DNA from: Tubiluchus corallicola
Taxonomy: Eukaryota > Animalia > Priapulida
Direction: 5' to 3'
Length of the DNA stretch: 64,000 nucleotides
Assembly: GCA_030141605.1 (NCBI GenBank)
Contig: JAQGDQ010000039.1
Span: 310,001 to 374,000 of the forward strand
Shown here: positions 38,251 to 50,727 of the stretch, in pieces
How the letters are laid out: each line of letters starts with the position of its first letter
Position numbering within the stretch: the stretch's first letter is position 1
Position numbers and translations under genes: made by a program
The notes under the pieces: generated by a model
The model's input: only the letters and a program-made list of their open reading frames with translations
Told to the model about the DNA's origin: nothing
Database searches by the model: none

Positions 38251-40097
38251 TAAAGTTTTGCTATAGCAAAATCTTACTGTATTTCATTGAGTTATTTATT
38301 TTTATTAAGATTTTGTCATAACAAAATCTTACTGTTTTTCATACAGTTATTTTTTATTTATTAAGATTTTGCCATAGCAATAAACTTATGTAATTTTTCT
38401 CACGGTTATTATTTATTCATTAAGATATTGCCATAGCAAAATCTTTCTGTTTTTCATACGGTTATTATTATTTATTTATTTATTATTATTTATTCTCTGT
38501 CACTTTATTGTTTAATAACTTGCAAGTCTTGCACGCTAGGGTCACCAAACTCACAGGGTTGGTATCCCTGGGCAGGGCACGTACAACAGTATAAAAACCA
38601 GTGACCACTGGTCAAGGAGGGAATGACAGTGGGCGTTGGTCAGATTTGCCTTTATGATTCAGATCCTTTCGTTTTTCTGATTTTTTTCCCAAGTATTTGG
38701 GTACTGTGGGGCAGGTGTGCACCTGGGGTTTTAAAAAGCTGACAAGCTTTAAATGCCCGAGTGAGAGGCCAAAATGCAAAATTTTGGGTCCCCCAAGTTG
38801 TGACCTTTTACATGCTGAGGGCTAGGGACACAAAATTCACAGGGTACACTCTCTGGGCAAAGTGTGACCCGAGTCGCCGGGTCAAAGGTCACGGAGCGGT
38901 TGGGTCTACATTTATTTTTCTTTAGGATCCATTTGCTCCCATAGTTTTTGAGTTAGGGCCACAATACTTGGTTTGTTGTTAGGCGGGGTGGTGGCCTTGC
39001 ACATCACAAAATATGGGCATATTTTGCACATCACAAAATATTGCACATCACATGCGCGTATAGGAAAATTTTCCGCTAGGGGGCAAAAACCAAAAATGGG
39101 GGTTGGGAACAAAAACGCACCGAGTGTTGAGCAATGGTACCTTGTAGCATATCAAATGAAAGGTCTCGTTGAGGCGGATCGAATGGCATAGGTTACAATG
39201 AGATTACTTAACCCGCGACCCCGCTAGGGGGCAAAATAAGGGTCGAGGAGACAAATGCCTACCAAAAGTAGCTTGTTGTATATCAAATGAAAGGTCTCTA
39301 AGACACAAACTCAATGATATGAGTTATGCCAAGATTGGTTGACCTTTGACTCGTGGGTGATGGGCTGAACAGTTAGATGCTAAGGTTTCATTGTGAAATG
39401 CACTTCCCATGTATTCAAGCAAGGTGAATTCAATGAAAGAAAAATAATCACTTTCAAGAAAAGCTGTCATCTCTTCATTTTTAAGAACCAATTTTACAAC
39501 TATTGTTGCAAAATCTTCAGTCTCTTTGACCGCGTCAGAAACATCGTCAACTAGTTTATTTTTATTATTATTTATTCTCCCCCACTTTAACGCCTAATAA
39601 CTCGTAAGCCTTGCAAACTAGGGTCTTCATTTATTTTTCTTTACGATCCATCTGCTCCCATAGTTTTTTAGCTAGGGCGACAATATTTGGTATGTAGTTA
39701 GGTGGGGCCAAGTTGTTGGACATGGCAGAATATTGGTCATTTGGAGTGGAAAATTTTCCGCTAGGAGGCAAAAACCAAAAAATGGGGATTGGGAACAGAA
39801 ATGCATCAAGTGTCTTGGAATATTGCCGTGTAGCACATCAAATGAAAGGTCTCGATGACACAAACTAAATGATATAAGTTCATGCCGAGATTGGTATTGA
39901 CCTTTGACCCATGGGTGACAGGCTGAACAGTTAAATGCTGAGGTTTCATTGAGAAATGCACTTCCTATGTAGCAAGGTGAAAATAATAACTTTCACACAA
40001 AGGCTGTCATCTCTTCATTTCTAAGGCTCAATTTTATAACTATTGTTTGCAAAATCTTCAGTTTTTGATCACGTCAGAAACATTGTCAACTAGTTTT
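38251..40097 (+). mobile_element. Non-autonomous Helentron/HINE-like element, with a repeated 5' end and a tandem second partial copy
   Basis: 5' palindrome AAGATTTTGCCATAGCAAAATCTT repeated four times (about 55-bp period), then (TTA)n. Two 3' ends (about 39508-39557 and 40049-40097) each show GCAAAATCTT, a TTGA...TCAA hairpin and CTAGTTT. Confidence 0.7.
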
Positions 40098-40500
40098 ATT
40101 CTTGTATTGTATGTATTTTGACACTAATAAATAAATATCTAGATATATAATATTAATTTTATAACTGAAATATTTGTTTTAAAAGTAACCTAAACTTGGG
40201 GTACGTCTCTCGTGTTGTACAGAATGGTAGTAGATACGAAATTTCGCATCGATATCCATAATCCCTGATTTTAAGTTGCTAACTATGGATACGTCCATAT
40301 CCATAATGACTATGGTGGAATAAAAGACCCCTTAATTTAAGCATATTTTTTATTTCCAACCTTTGGACAGACAACAAAATATCTGCAGTAAAAGATCACG
40401 ATAAAGACTAGTTGGTGTCTCTTTGTTAATATAATTGCATGCTGTAAATTATCTAATTAGACCAAACGAGTAATTATTACAGACAAATATAGGGCCTTAC

Positions 40501-41517
40501 CAGGGGCGTGCAAATTGCAGCCCCCCGAGAGATCTTGTGCGGCCCGCGAAGAGGTTTATCAACGTAATGAAAGTGCGGCCCACGCGATCCAGCTGAAGTC
40601 CGCGCCACTATCGCAAAGATAGTGCGGGTAGTTTTTTCCACTAGATCGGATGGCATTAACCCTTACAAGACCGTTGTCACTTAATGTCACTGTCGGACAT
40701 AACGAAATTTAACGTTGCTTACTTGGAAACACAAAAAAGCGATGTAATCGTAGAACACAGCAAACTATCAAGGAAGCCGCCATTCAAATGCTCATATGTG
40801 CAAGAAATGTGAGAAGCAATGTGATTGGCTGGTAGGAAGACCAATTAGCCAATCTCTAGGCTTCTATTATCGGGCCTGTCTGTCAAGTCGTCTTCTTAGT
40901 CATAACAGGTAGAACATTTTGACTTGGGTATTTTACAAAATAAATTATAAATAAAATTATAAAATAACCAAGTCAAAATAATCTACCTGCTATGACCAAG
41001 AAGACGACTGGACAGACCAATTTGTAAGTAGCCAGCAAGCTGAAAAAGTGTGGTCACCCCTGATATAGGGGGATTCCCAGATTTTAGTTTCAGCTTAGGC
41101 TCAGTAGTACACGCCTCAATCAGTGGCTGTTTCATCGTTTCATCAGATGTAGTGTTCTTATAGATCAGAATCATGGATAAAAAACAGGAAGATTGAAGAA
41201 GAACATCGAGTCAAAACAGATTAATATGCACTGTACTACACAGACCGTGTGATACACATTACTAATATGCATTGTAATGAAATTACCACTATTTGTCGTG
41301 AAAGTAGAAATTTATGGTTTTTAATATAAATTTTAATAACTTCTAAAATAGTTTCTGGAGTGTAGTAATGCAGTAGTAATGACGTGCGCAAATCGGATGC
41401 AAAAAATCGTTATTAGGTCCTACTGTACTTGGACCCTTGACCAAACTGTATGCGGCCCGCAGAAATTGTGGGAAAGTTTAATGTGGCCCGGCTAGTCAGA
41501 TAATTTGCACACCCCTG
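40501..41517. mobile_element. Non-autonomous hAT-like DNA transposon
   Basis: TIRs CAGGGGCGTGCAAATT / AATTTGCACACCCCTG; subterminal GCGGCCC repeats; imperfect target duplication (GGCCTTAC / GCCTATAC); absent at the paralogous site near 26075. Confidence 0.85.
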
Positions 41518-44462
41518 GCCTATACGAAAGGAAATTTACTATCTTGGAAAATCTTTGCAGTATTTAGATATCAAGCACATAAGAAAGTTAATTTCCTAAT
41601 TGAATCTTGCACCGAGCACAGCAGAATCCTACATAAAATCCCTTAAAACCAACACGAAATATGATGTGGAAACTTTAGAACTAAATCATATAATCAGTCG
41701 AATGCAATACCAAATTAAAGCCTGAAAAAGTTTTTCATCTCCACTGAAACATTATGCTTAGATATACTATATTAGCATATGACATGAGTTTAAATTGCGA
41801 GCTGTTACAAGTATCTGGGTGCTTTATCCAACTAAATATGATTCATCTAACATGTCTTTCGACGCTAAAATTCTTAATAAATGTGTTTACTTTGCGAGGT
41901 CCATGCAGAAACTAAACGTTAATTTCGCGTAGCATCATGTAAGTTCCGTCTATTCTTCTTCTGCATCACGTTCTGTCATTATTATATAAAATCGTTTAAT
42001 TTCAAAAGACGCCACATCAAGACAAACAAAACGAGACGAGGCTTTTTCAAAGTTTCAAGCGGTATTATCACTGCGTAACCAAAACTGTGTTCTTTGTTTT
42101 TTGACCAAAATTCGTCACTGTGTTATTCTAAACCTCAAGTATTCTCAAACAGAACTTTGGTAACGTTACTTTTAACTAAATTCCTTTAATCGCTTCCAGC
42201 ATTAAATTAATCAATCAACGCAAAGAAGCTAAACAAAACAAGAATCTATGAAAAGTAAAGAAATTCGCCTAATAATACTTTTTAATATGTCGCTTGTTTG
42301 TACTTGCTATTACACAAAAACCTTCGAAGCTCATAATGCAAATATTTTCTACTTATTTGTATCAACAAATTATTAAGATTTTACTGAAACTTCTTATTTA
42401 TTCATTCATTCTTGCTGTTGTCACTTTTGCTGTCGTTATCGTTGTTGTTATGCTTACTTGGCAATTATACTCATATATGTGTTGTACAAATAGCCTGTCT
42501 GCATTTTGGTCAATATAATAGATATTAGGCGGGTTTTGCACGTTCAACTTCGACATTTGCGAAGTACCTTGTCAATACTCTTTGTAGGCTCAGAAGAATT
42601 CAGTTTCATGGGTACTTCAGCAAAGAAATACTAATACTAGGTATAGGCTTGCCTGCAATAACAAAAAACCATACTAATAAAAAAACTTTGATATGAGCTG
42701 AAATTGACTTGAAAGTTCAGCATCCTTCATAAATTTCAAACATAATAAAACGTGTGTTTTTAAATTATTTTAATTTTAAGCGTAAAATAAAAACAAAATG
42801 AAGCATTATGAAAATGTATTATGAAGGAACTACAACAGTCTCTTTCGTCTAGACTTCATTCCTGCAATGTAATCTATAACTTTATTACAATCCACGTTAG
42901 TAGCCAACTTTCTTTCAATGGAGAGCAAAACTAACCCAGACAATCTATTCTCTCCCATTGTTAAACGAAGGTAGGGCTTTATCTGTTTCAGCCGACTAAA
43001 GGATCACTCAGCAACTGCACAAATAAACTAAAAAATTATTGAAACGGCGCCAGTTTTGAAAAACGTGCTAGGGGAGCGGTTGCTCTCCTTGCCCTCCCAT
43101 TAACTACGCCACTGCAGCGTTGTTGCCAATGTCGGCATCGGTATCATTAGTCCATGGCACCCCATTTATTACACACAGTCTCAGCTCATCTCACATCAAT
43201 CACAACATGGCAAATAAGCTCTTAACACAGGGTGTTCCAGAAGTCTCTGTTTAACTTTTCATTTTCAGTTTTCTTTTCATCTAATCGACCGACGACATTC
43301 ATCTGGTGTTAAAAGTCCTATTCACTAAGTCAGAATTTTTTTGAGTCTACATTTAAAATCTTGCGTCGCTTTATTGTATTATATATTATGCTGACACTGC
43401 GGAAGACGTGTAAAATTGTTGCATTGCTAGAATCATGTGTGTTTACTTCCCAAAAAAGTCCGAAAATCGGCAGTTAAGTTTTTTAGTTATTCACGTATCG
43501 TGAATCTCTATTTCATGCGGATCGTTTTGATACAAGTTCAGCGCTCTAAGTTATTTCTAACCTGAGATAATCCACGTTGAAGTTGAGGTGCAGGCTGCAG
43601 ACTATAAAACATAATCTTGAGAAAATCACTGTTATAGTTTGCCGTTGTTTTTACCGCGCTTCTACAAAAACGCTTAGCAACCGTACGAACAAGTAGCTGC
43701 TACGGACTTTGCAAGAGAACGTTCAAGTTATGTTTAAATCCTGTAGACGGCTCTTCTATTTGACCCAATTTTGAGCATTCTACTGTGAACGAAGCTTTAA
43801 CTAACTGTTTGCAAGCGCACATATAACTGTAGGAATAAGCTCAGTAGAAGAGACATAACTGCTGTGGAGTTATGAGCAAAGTTTGATTGCACCAAATTTC
43901 ACGGGAATGCAATTGTAATGATCTTTTCTGCATACCATGTTCTCTTTCTATAGATGATCGTACAGCATATTTACACTGTGCCAAGTCTGCTCTAGAGTAA
44001 GCACACCAACAGAAAAAAAACACAAAACTTCAAATGCAGAATCAAAAAATTCTCATTTTCTCAGTAAGAGTTTACCACAAGGTGACCATGGTTGCTTAAT
44101 TAAATGCAAAGAAAATGAAATTAGTGAGAGACTTTTGAAAAGCCCTGACCTTTACAGACAACGCTAGAAATCTTTAATGAACATATTGATAGTATAACAC
44201 ATTGAAGTGTCAGGATACTTCAATGTGTTATACCGATACCGATAACACCGATATATACCGATACAAATAATACCTATACATACGGGACGAGATTCTCTAG
44301 GTAAAATGATATGACGAACACGCAAAGCTTAAAAACTACGTCTAGTGCAATATTCAACCATCGATTTTTTTAAATTCTACTCTGCCCGGAATACTACACG
44401 TCTGAAACACACAGTGGCTCCTCTTTAAGTCCAACTGCATGACTCAAGTTGAGACAAACTAA

Positions 44463-44671
44463 TTAAACATTATTGCTACTGATTTTCATCGTTTTCGTCT
44501 TTTTACTGCCACCTTCATCTAGCAGATAACCTTGCTGACTGACTAGAAAATCTGGAGAGAGTGATTGCGTTGGGAAAGGCTTCAGTACAAGAAGTTCTTT
44601 GGTGTCAATCTGTACTTCACTTTTATCCAAACTGCTGTGGCGTATGCCGTATACATAATATATAGACAAAC
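44463..44671 (-). CDS. Divergent CAT/SLC7-family membrane protein, exon 3 (terminal)
   Basis: Acceptor TTTTTAG|; GLSIYYVYGIRHS is the CAT C-terminal motif; same intron position and phase as the last intron of the SLC7A4-like gene. Confidence 0.85.
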
Positions 44672-45100
44672 CTAAAAAGAAAGAATGTCAACATGTTACA
44701 ATCTATGATCATTTACCGGTACATAGCAAGTTTAAGTCTATCCATTGAAGAGTCCCATGGCAAGGATACTGTTTTTGTTTGTCAAAATACCTCTCTCGGT
44801 TCAGTGCCTCGTTTTTAAAAATTATCATTGATAATGTTTAGTCTCGCCACAGCCAAACAAAGTTAGTAGCACCATGCTAGCATGCAGTGCGCAGGATTTT
44901 AATTAAAGAACGAGGACAGCGTTTACGACATTGATATCAAAGGTGGAAACTAAAGTGGTTAGACGAGTAGTCACGGGAGCTATATAACAGGTACGATGGA
45001 GAGGTAATTCGCATTATATCTATTGCCTTTCTTGTTTATCTAGTGATGTCAGTATTACAAAATGACCAAATTGGCCAAATTGACTTTCTGTTCTCCTTAC

Positions 45101-46696
45101 CTATGATAAACCATATTGCAACAGTTATCCAGGACTTCAGTGAAGCATTTGCTAGAAGAAACATACTGACAAGAACTGAGAACAAAGGTAACCCGGGAAT
45201 AAAGAAACCGAACAGGAAGTGAACTTCAGAAGTCTCCTCCTTCGGCTGCTTGAGAATCACAATGGTAACTGCAGTCAATAGGACACAAACTGCGCTAACT
45301 GTTGCTACCCTTACACTAGATACGCCATTGATGATCAAACGTCTGATAGTGAAGGACAACACTAGTGACAGGGCCAAAAATGCGATTAATGCCCACAAAA
45401 CACGTCGTCCCGATCCGGGAGATGGTTCCCACCGGCCATTATCATTCTCGTTTTGCATGTTCGTCAATGTTGCCACTCGAACTGTTTCTTTGTACTCATT
45501 GACAATTGCGTCAATGTCAGTTTCTGAGTCACTGCTGTCTCCTGTGCCACTATCACTATCTGGCACTACATCGCTTCCTGAACAATTATTACTCTGCTCT
45601 GCTAATGAAATTTCAGCGCCATTTTGTTCGTTTGAAATGGGAACATATTGATTTGATGTCTCTGAAGGTTGATAGCGCTTGTGGCATACAACAGACGATA
45701 TCAGAATGTTAGTTGTAAGCAAAGACATTGTCAATACTTCGAGAATATTCTTAGCGCTCAAGAAAAATAAGCACCCGCTGTTTATACCAACAACAAAGAA
45801 GAAATTCGCAAATCCAAATGTGGACGAGAACCGAGAAAACAAAAGACCATCTGTTGCTAATGACGCAGCGGAAATACAAATCTCATATAATGACGATACC
45901 AACATTAAAGTCAACAACACAGCACCTAACAAGCAAGTAACAACTGCGATCCATTTAATTCCACAGTTATCGAATATTTCAATGATGCCAACAGATAAAA
46001 TCTTGTTACCACTGCACAGTCTTAAAAATGCGTTAACGATCATCAGCCCACAGAATAGTAGCAATAATACAACATATAAACCAAACCCTGTCAGAAAAAC
46101 AGGTAGACTTCTAGTAGTATTTGAGGCGTTATTTGACAACGCTACAGTTGGACCACGAAATGCGACAAACATTATCAGTACAGATGACATCACCGTTCTG
46201 TAATCAAGCCTTTTGGATAACAGCCACGAAGCATGACTTTGGTACAAGTAAATGGAACCAGAGATCACCAAAATAAATGTCACTATCAGGGAGGCACCCC
46301 CAATGAGGTATGTCACGTATGCAGTAAGAGCTTTTGAACAATTTATATTACAACGTTTCCAAATTTCTTCACGAAAAGATTTGATTGCAAAGAACAGTAG
46401 TAATACTACGACTGTGCACACAATGGCGGCGTAGTCTGGCGTATGTTGAAATACCCGAAATTGTTCAAGCTTGTAAGGCAGCATTGATGTCAAGTTGCCT
46501 CTTGACATATGGTTTAAAATTCTACTCATAGCACTTGCACAAGCCGAAGACAACGTCATATATTCAAGCAGCCTACACCAAGCGGATGTGAATGCAAAGA
46601 TTTCTCCTATTCTGATGTAAAACCAATCGTGTACAGGCACACATGAGCCATGATTGCAAAACCCGGCCCTTATTTGCAATTCTGCCAGGCATAAAT
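45101..46696 (-). CDS. Divergent CAT/SLC7-family (APC superfamily) membrane protein, exon 2
   Basis: 1596-nt open frame with many TM segments; LCLAEL, GEIFAFTSAW, PDYAA, LATDGLLF and PGLPLFSVLVSMFLL align to CAT motifs. Acceptor TTTTTCAG|, donor G|GTAAGG. Confidence 0.88.
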
Positions 46697-46830
46697 CTGA
46701 AAAACAAAATTTAACTTAAAAATACTAAAAACATGAAAGAGCCAGTCTCTAGGAATTAACATGTTGTTTATTAGTGCATTATCAGTTTATTATTTTCAAA
46801 GCTATAAATCAAGCCAAAACAAATAATCAG

Positions 46831-47252
46831 TACAATTGACACTACTAACCAATGCATAGAATAAGTTATATCATTACACAATCACAAAAGTGAAATTGAA
46901 ATTGTTCGAATACAAATGGAAATACTCGTAAAGAGGTTCTCACATAAAGAAAACTGTAAAGAAAACGTAAAAATAGTACCTTATGTATCAGATTCAGACG
47001 AAAATCACAACCTGCAAACAATTAGTTTAGCAACAAGACAAAGTATAAATACTGGGAAAAGAAATCACTGTAATAATAAAATTGTATATAAATGTGTATT
47101 ACTCTTCAAATACTTATTATTACAGTGGTTTCTTTACACGAGAACATCTTTCGAAGTTATTTCCACTTGTCACTGATAATTTAAATTTCATTCTTGTGAT
47201 TGTGTAACGATATAATTTATTTTATGCCATGGCTGATAGTGCTATAATTGTA
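46831..47252. mobile_element. MITE with long imperfect TIRs
   Basis: About 73-bp inverted arms (46831-46903 vs 47178-47252), e.g. TTATATCATTACACAATCACAA / TTGTGATTGTGTAACGATATAA; TA at both ends. Confidence 0.75.
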
Positions 47253-47472
47253 ATGATTATTTGTTTCGGCTTGATTTATAGCATTGAAAATGACGGCATT
47301 CTGTCGAAACGATCATTTGCGCTAACAAACAACATGTTAAAGACAAAGGCCTGGTATTTCGGCTGAAAAAATTAATGTATGAATTGAATCTAAAAAACAT
47401 AGAACATGCACAAAAAACAAACTTCTTTTCAATCAGTTCAACGTTGATATTGTGTTCTGAGTTTATTTCTTT

Positions 47473-47636
47473 CACTCCTGATATTAATGTTACTGCGAGA
47501 ACAACATTGTCACCCGGATTTGAATGAAATTAAACTTGAATTTAGTTTAATCGAATATATTTGCTAAATTCAAGTTTAAATTCATTCAAGTCCGGGCGAC
47601 AATGTTGTTGTCACAGTAAAATTGATAACAGGAGTG
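47473..47636. repeat. Fold-back palindrome (about 73-bp arms, 18-nt loop)
   Basis: CACTCCTG...TAAACTTGAATTTAG / CTAAATTCAAGTTTA...CAGGAGTG. Confidence 0.88.
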
Positions 47637-49741
47637 GAAGTCTTGTGCTTCTAATCTATAGGGAGCAATTCTGTTTTGAAGTAGGTCTGGAGAAAAACAC
47701 GCATATTATGATCCACGTGGTCTTTCATCAATTATATTTTATTTAATCAATGATTCTTATTTTAATTATTTTTGTGACTGGCCTAACCTACACTGGTGCA
47801 AAGGCTGCACCGTAGTTGGCCTTGATTATCGAAGTCAGATATAACTGTAGAGTTTAATCTAAATCAATTACAAAACAATCGTTCAACCTAAAAACGGTTA
47901 GACAGCCTTGATTAAATTGCAAACATGCTAAACAATAAAGATTTTCTATAATAACAACACAAAAATATTATTAAATTTTGATTAAACATACGTAGATAAC
48001 ATACAAACACGTCTACATACAAATGTAAGCAAACCTATACTTTTGTTTTGCTTTATTTGCTATTATAGGCAATACCAGATTTTGAAACGTTCTTGTTTGG
48101 GTCAATTTAAGCATAATTATGGTACCTATGGTAATTCAAAATTTCAAAAATTAGTTTCAAACTTGAAACTGCGAAACAACGGCAGAAACATTATGTTGCA
48201 CGCATGCAAGTTCTGGTGCATTGTGATTTATAAGTAACGTTGTGCGTAATCTTGAGTAACTAGAGAGATCTGAGAAACGCTGTACACACAGTTTAAGCGC
48301 AAGCAGTGCTATTTCCGTAGGTATTCGGCGGCATACGCAACAACAACAACAACGACGGGATGGTGATGACAACAAAAGCGTTGGCAAAATTGGCAGTGGC
48401 AACGATGGTTGCGACGATGAAGGCTATTGCAAAATTCGCGTTGCCAATAGCATAGATGACGACGACAACTGCAATGTTTACGTTACCGTAGCCTTCGCAG
48501 GTGTGAAAATGATTGGTGTTCATAATTACAATGCGACCTCTATAAATTAAACGATGAGCATGCACAGCATTATCTGTTCAATTATTAGTATACTGATACT
48601 AATGTGAATTTATTATCACCTTTTATGATTCATTTTCATTAATATTTTCATTTCATTTACACACCGTGCCTGGTGACGCATCATAATATGTTATTAGAAT
48701 ATAAATTATGATACAAGTAGGCTTAAAATTGACCTTGACGTTTGCCCTTAACCTTGACTCTTGGCAACCCAAGACATTGCATCTCTACTCGATTTTTTTG
48801 AGGTCAGTTAACTTGCCATATCTGATTATCTTTTTCTCGAATCACAATTTCCCTAACTTGCTGTTACCTCCGACCCTGAACTTCGACCATTCTATCCTCA
48901 GCCATATAATACCGTATCCGTATAACAGCTGTAAGATGATCTTTATAACAGAAATGCAACTTTTTTAAAATATTGAAATCAATTTATAACAATGCACTGA
49001 ATTGTTTTATAATGAAATTTAATCTTAATTTTCTACTTTATAGTCTACAAGTCTTTCAGTCTAATATACATCTACTGTTTTATATAATGTTTGTCAGATA
49101 ACATGTTTAGTTTATGTGCTACTGTGTGCTACTGTGTGCCTGACTTTGTTACCTGGATTCTAAAAATCGTGCGGTGCGAGAACAAAAATCGAAAGCAAAA
49201 ATAATAAAGGTCGAAATAATAAAAATACAACTACGCACATAATCCCGAGAAAAAACTTAATGTGGGTCTCATGGTGTTTGGGTCTTGTGTACGGAGTTGA
49301 GAAGTAATGTATGTCTTGTTTGTTAACTGATTTAAAAAAATTCTGTTTTATTACTTTAATTGTTTATGGTACTAAAATAAATTGTGACTGACTTGAGTAT
49401 TTTTGTTTGACTGTTGTTTCTTTCCTAGCCAAAATCGTAGCTGTTTTCTGGCCATTAGGCCATCGTAAATTAGGACTTTTCCTGTGACTCCTTCCAAGCC
49501 GAAACCGTGACTTTTTTCTGTGTCTATTACCCGGTCACGGATTTTTATAGACACAGTGCATTTGCAAAACTAAGAAATCTGCTTTAGGAACAAAAGTGAC
49601 ACTTACCACCTGCTTAGTAGTGAAAGTACGCATGTCAGACCTACAGTACTAACCGTACTTTTTTTAACAACACATACCGTGCAAGACGAACTTTAAAGGC
49701 CGACACTATTTAAGCATAAATTTGTTTACCGTTTACTTTAC

Positions 49742-50000
49742 CTGAGCAAACTGAAATCACGAACGCTATACCTAGAGCTGCAATCAGCTCCCAACCAATC
49801 ACATTTTCATTTGGTGCAGTGGTGCCAACCAAATAAACTCCACAAACAAGAGATTCTCTAAGACCAAGAAAAAATAACTGAAGCGGTTTGAGCGCCACTC
49901 GGGAATTTGACGAAGAATTTTCACTCTTGAGGTATTTTCGTCGGAAAAAAGCAACGTTTAAATTCCTGACCAAACTACCACATCGTCTAAACGAAGCCAT
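49742..50000 (-). CDS. Divergent CAT/SLC7-family protein, exon 1; model 50000-49742,46696-45101,44671-44463 (2064 nt, 687 aa)
   Basis: AAATGG start; FFRRK then L..LQLFFLGL...CGVY.VG resembles a CAT N-terminus/TM1. The phase-1 donor G|GTAAAG joins in frame to DLCLAEL. Confidence 0.78.
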
Positions 50001-50727
50001 TTAAATTGCACACAGTGTGGAACAGGTGTACGTAACAGGGCTTCCAGTGAATAACTTATACCAGCATGTCAGTGATTAGTAGCAAGCTATAACGTTAAGT
50101 CATGAATTGCAAGCCTAATGCGTTGTTGAAGTAATAAACAGCAGTATGCAGGTAGCTACTACGCATGTGCATAAGAACGATTCTGCTGTAATCGTATGCT
50201 GGTAGACGACACACACAGGTGTATTGCACTAATGCAAATTTTGCGCGTGTTGCCTGAAAAAAGCAACAACCTCAAGCGAATTTTATCGTTATTTTTGTTA
50301 CAATTACGTTTCTTGTTTTATTAATACTTGATTCTTAATCAAACCCTATTTAAAAATAATTAGTTGTTTTCCTCTCTGGCGCATGAAAATTATAGAAACT
50401 ATCATTCATTAGATGAATAACAAAGGTATTGACCAGTCATCGTTCCATTAAAGCAGTCAAATTTCGCGTGATTTACAAAGCCCAACGGCCCAGTGAAAGG
50501 CTAAATTTTGAGTCTTGTCTTGACATACAGTGTTGCCAAACGCCTTACAAGTTGATCTTGTAATCACTAAGTCACCTGCAAAATATATTCTCGTATCAAG
50601 AACACAGTGCAACAATTGGCTGATCATTCTCTGTTATTACAATCGTAGACTAGCTGTTACTGCTAACAGGCATTGTTAATAAATGGCAAAAGAGCGTTTT
50701 TCACCATCAAGTTGCATTTGAACAAAT

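Noticed and set aside
31370-41660. Second unit as an uncollapsed allelic haplotype
   Set aside because: The host exon is pseudogenised, exons 4-5 are missing, TE insertions differ and non-coding divergence is high, which is unlikely for an allele. Reads would be needed to exclude it fully.
45250-46434. Plus-strand ORFs of 133, 174 and 60 aa
   Set aside because: They are antisense shadows of the large transporter exon and show no independent motifs.
48240-48570. Cys-rich and Ala/Ile-rich ORFs in intron 1 of the divergent CAT gene
   Set aside because: Low-complexity (CAA/GAC)n-rich sequence, probably a repeat remnant; the gene model is already in frame without it.
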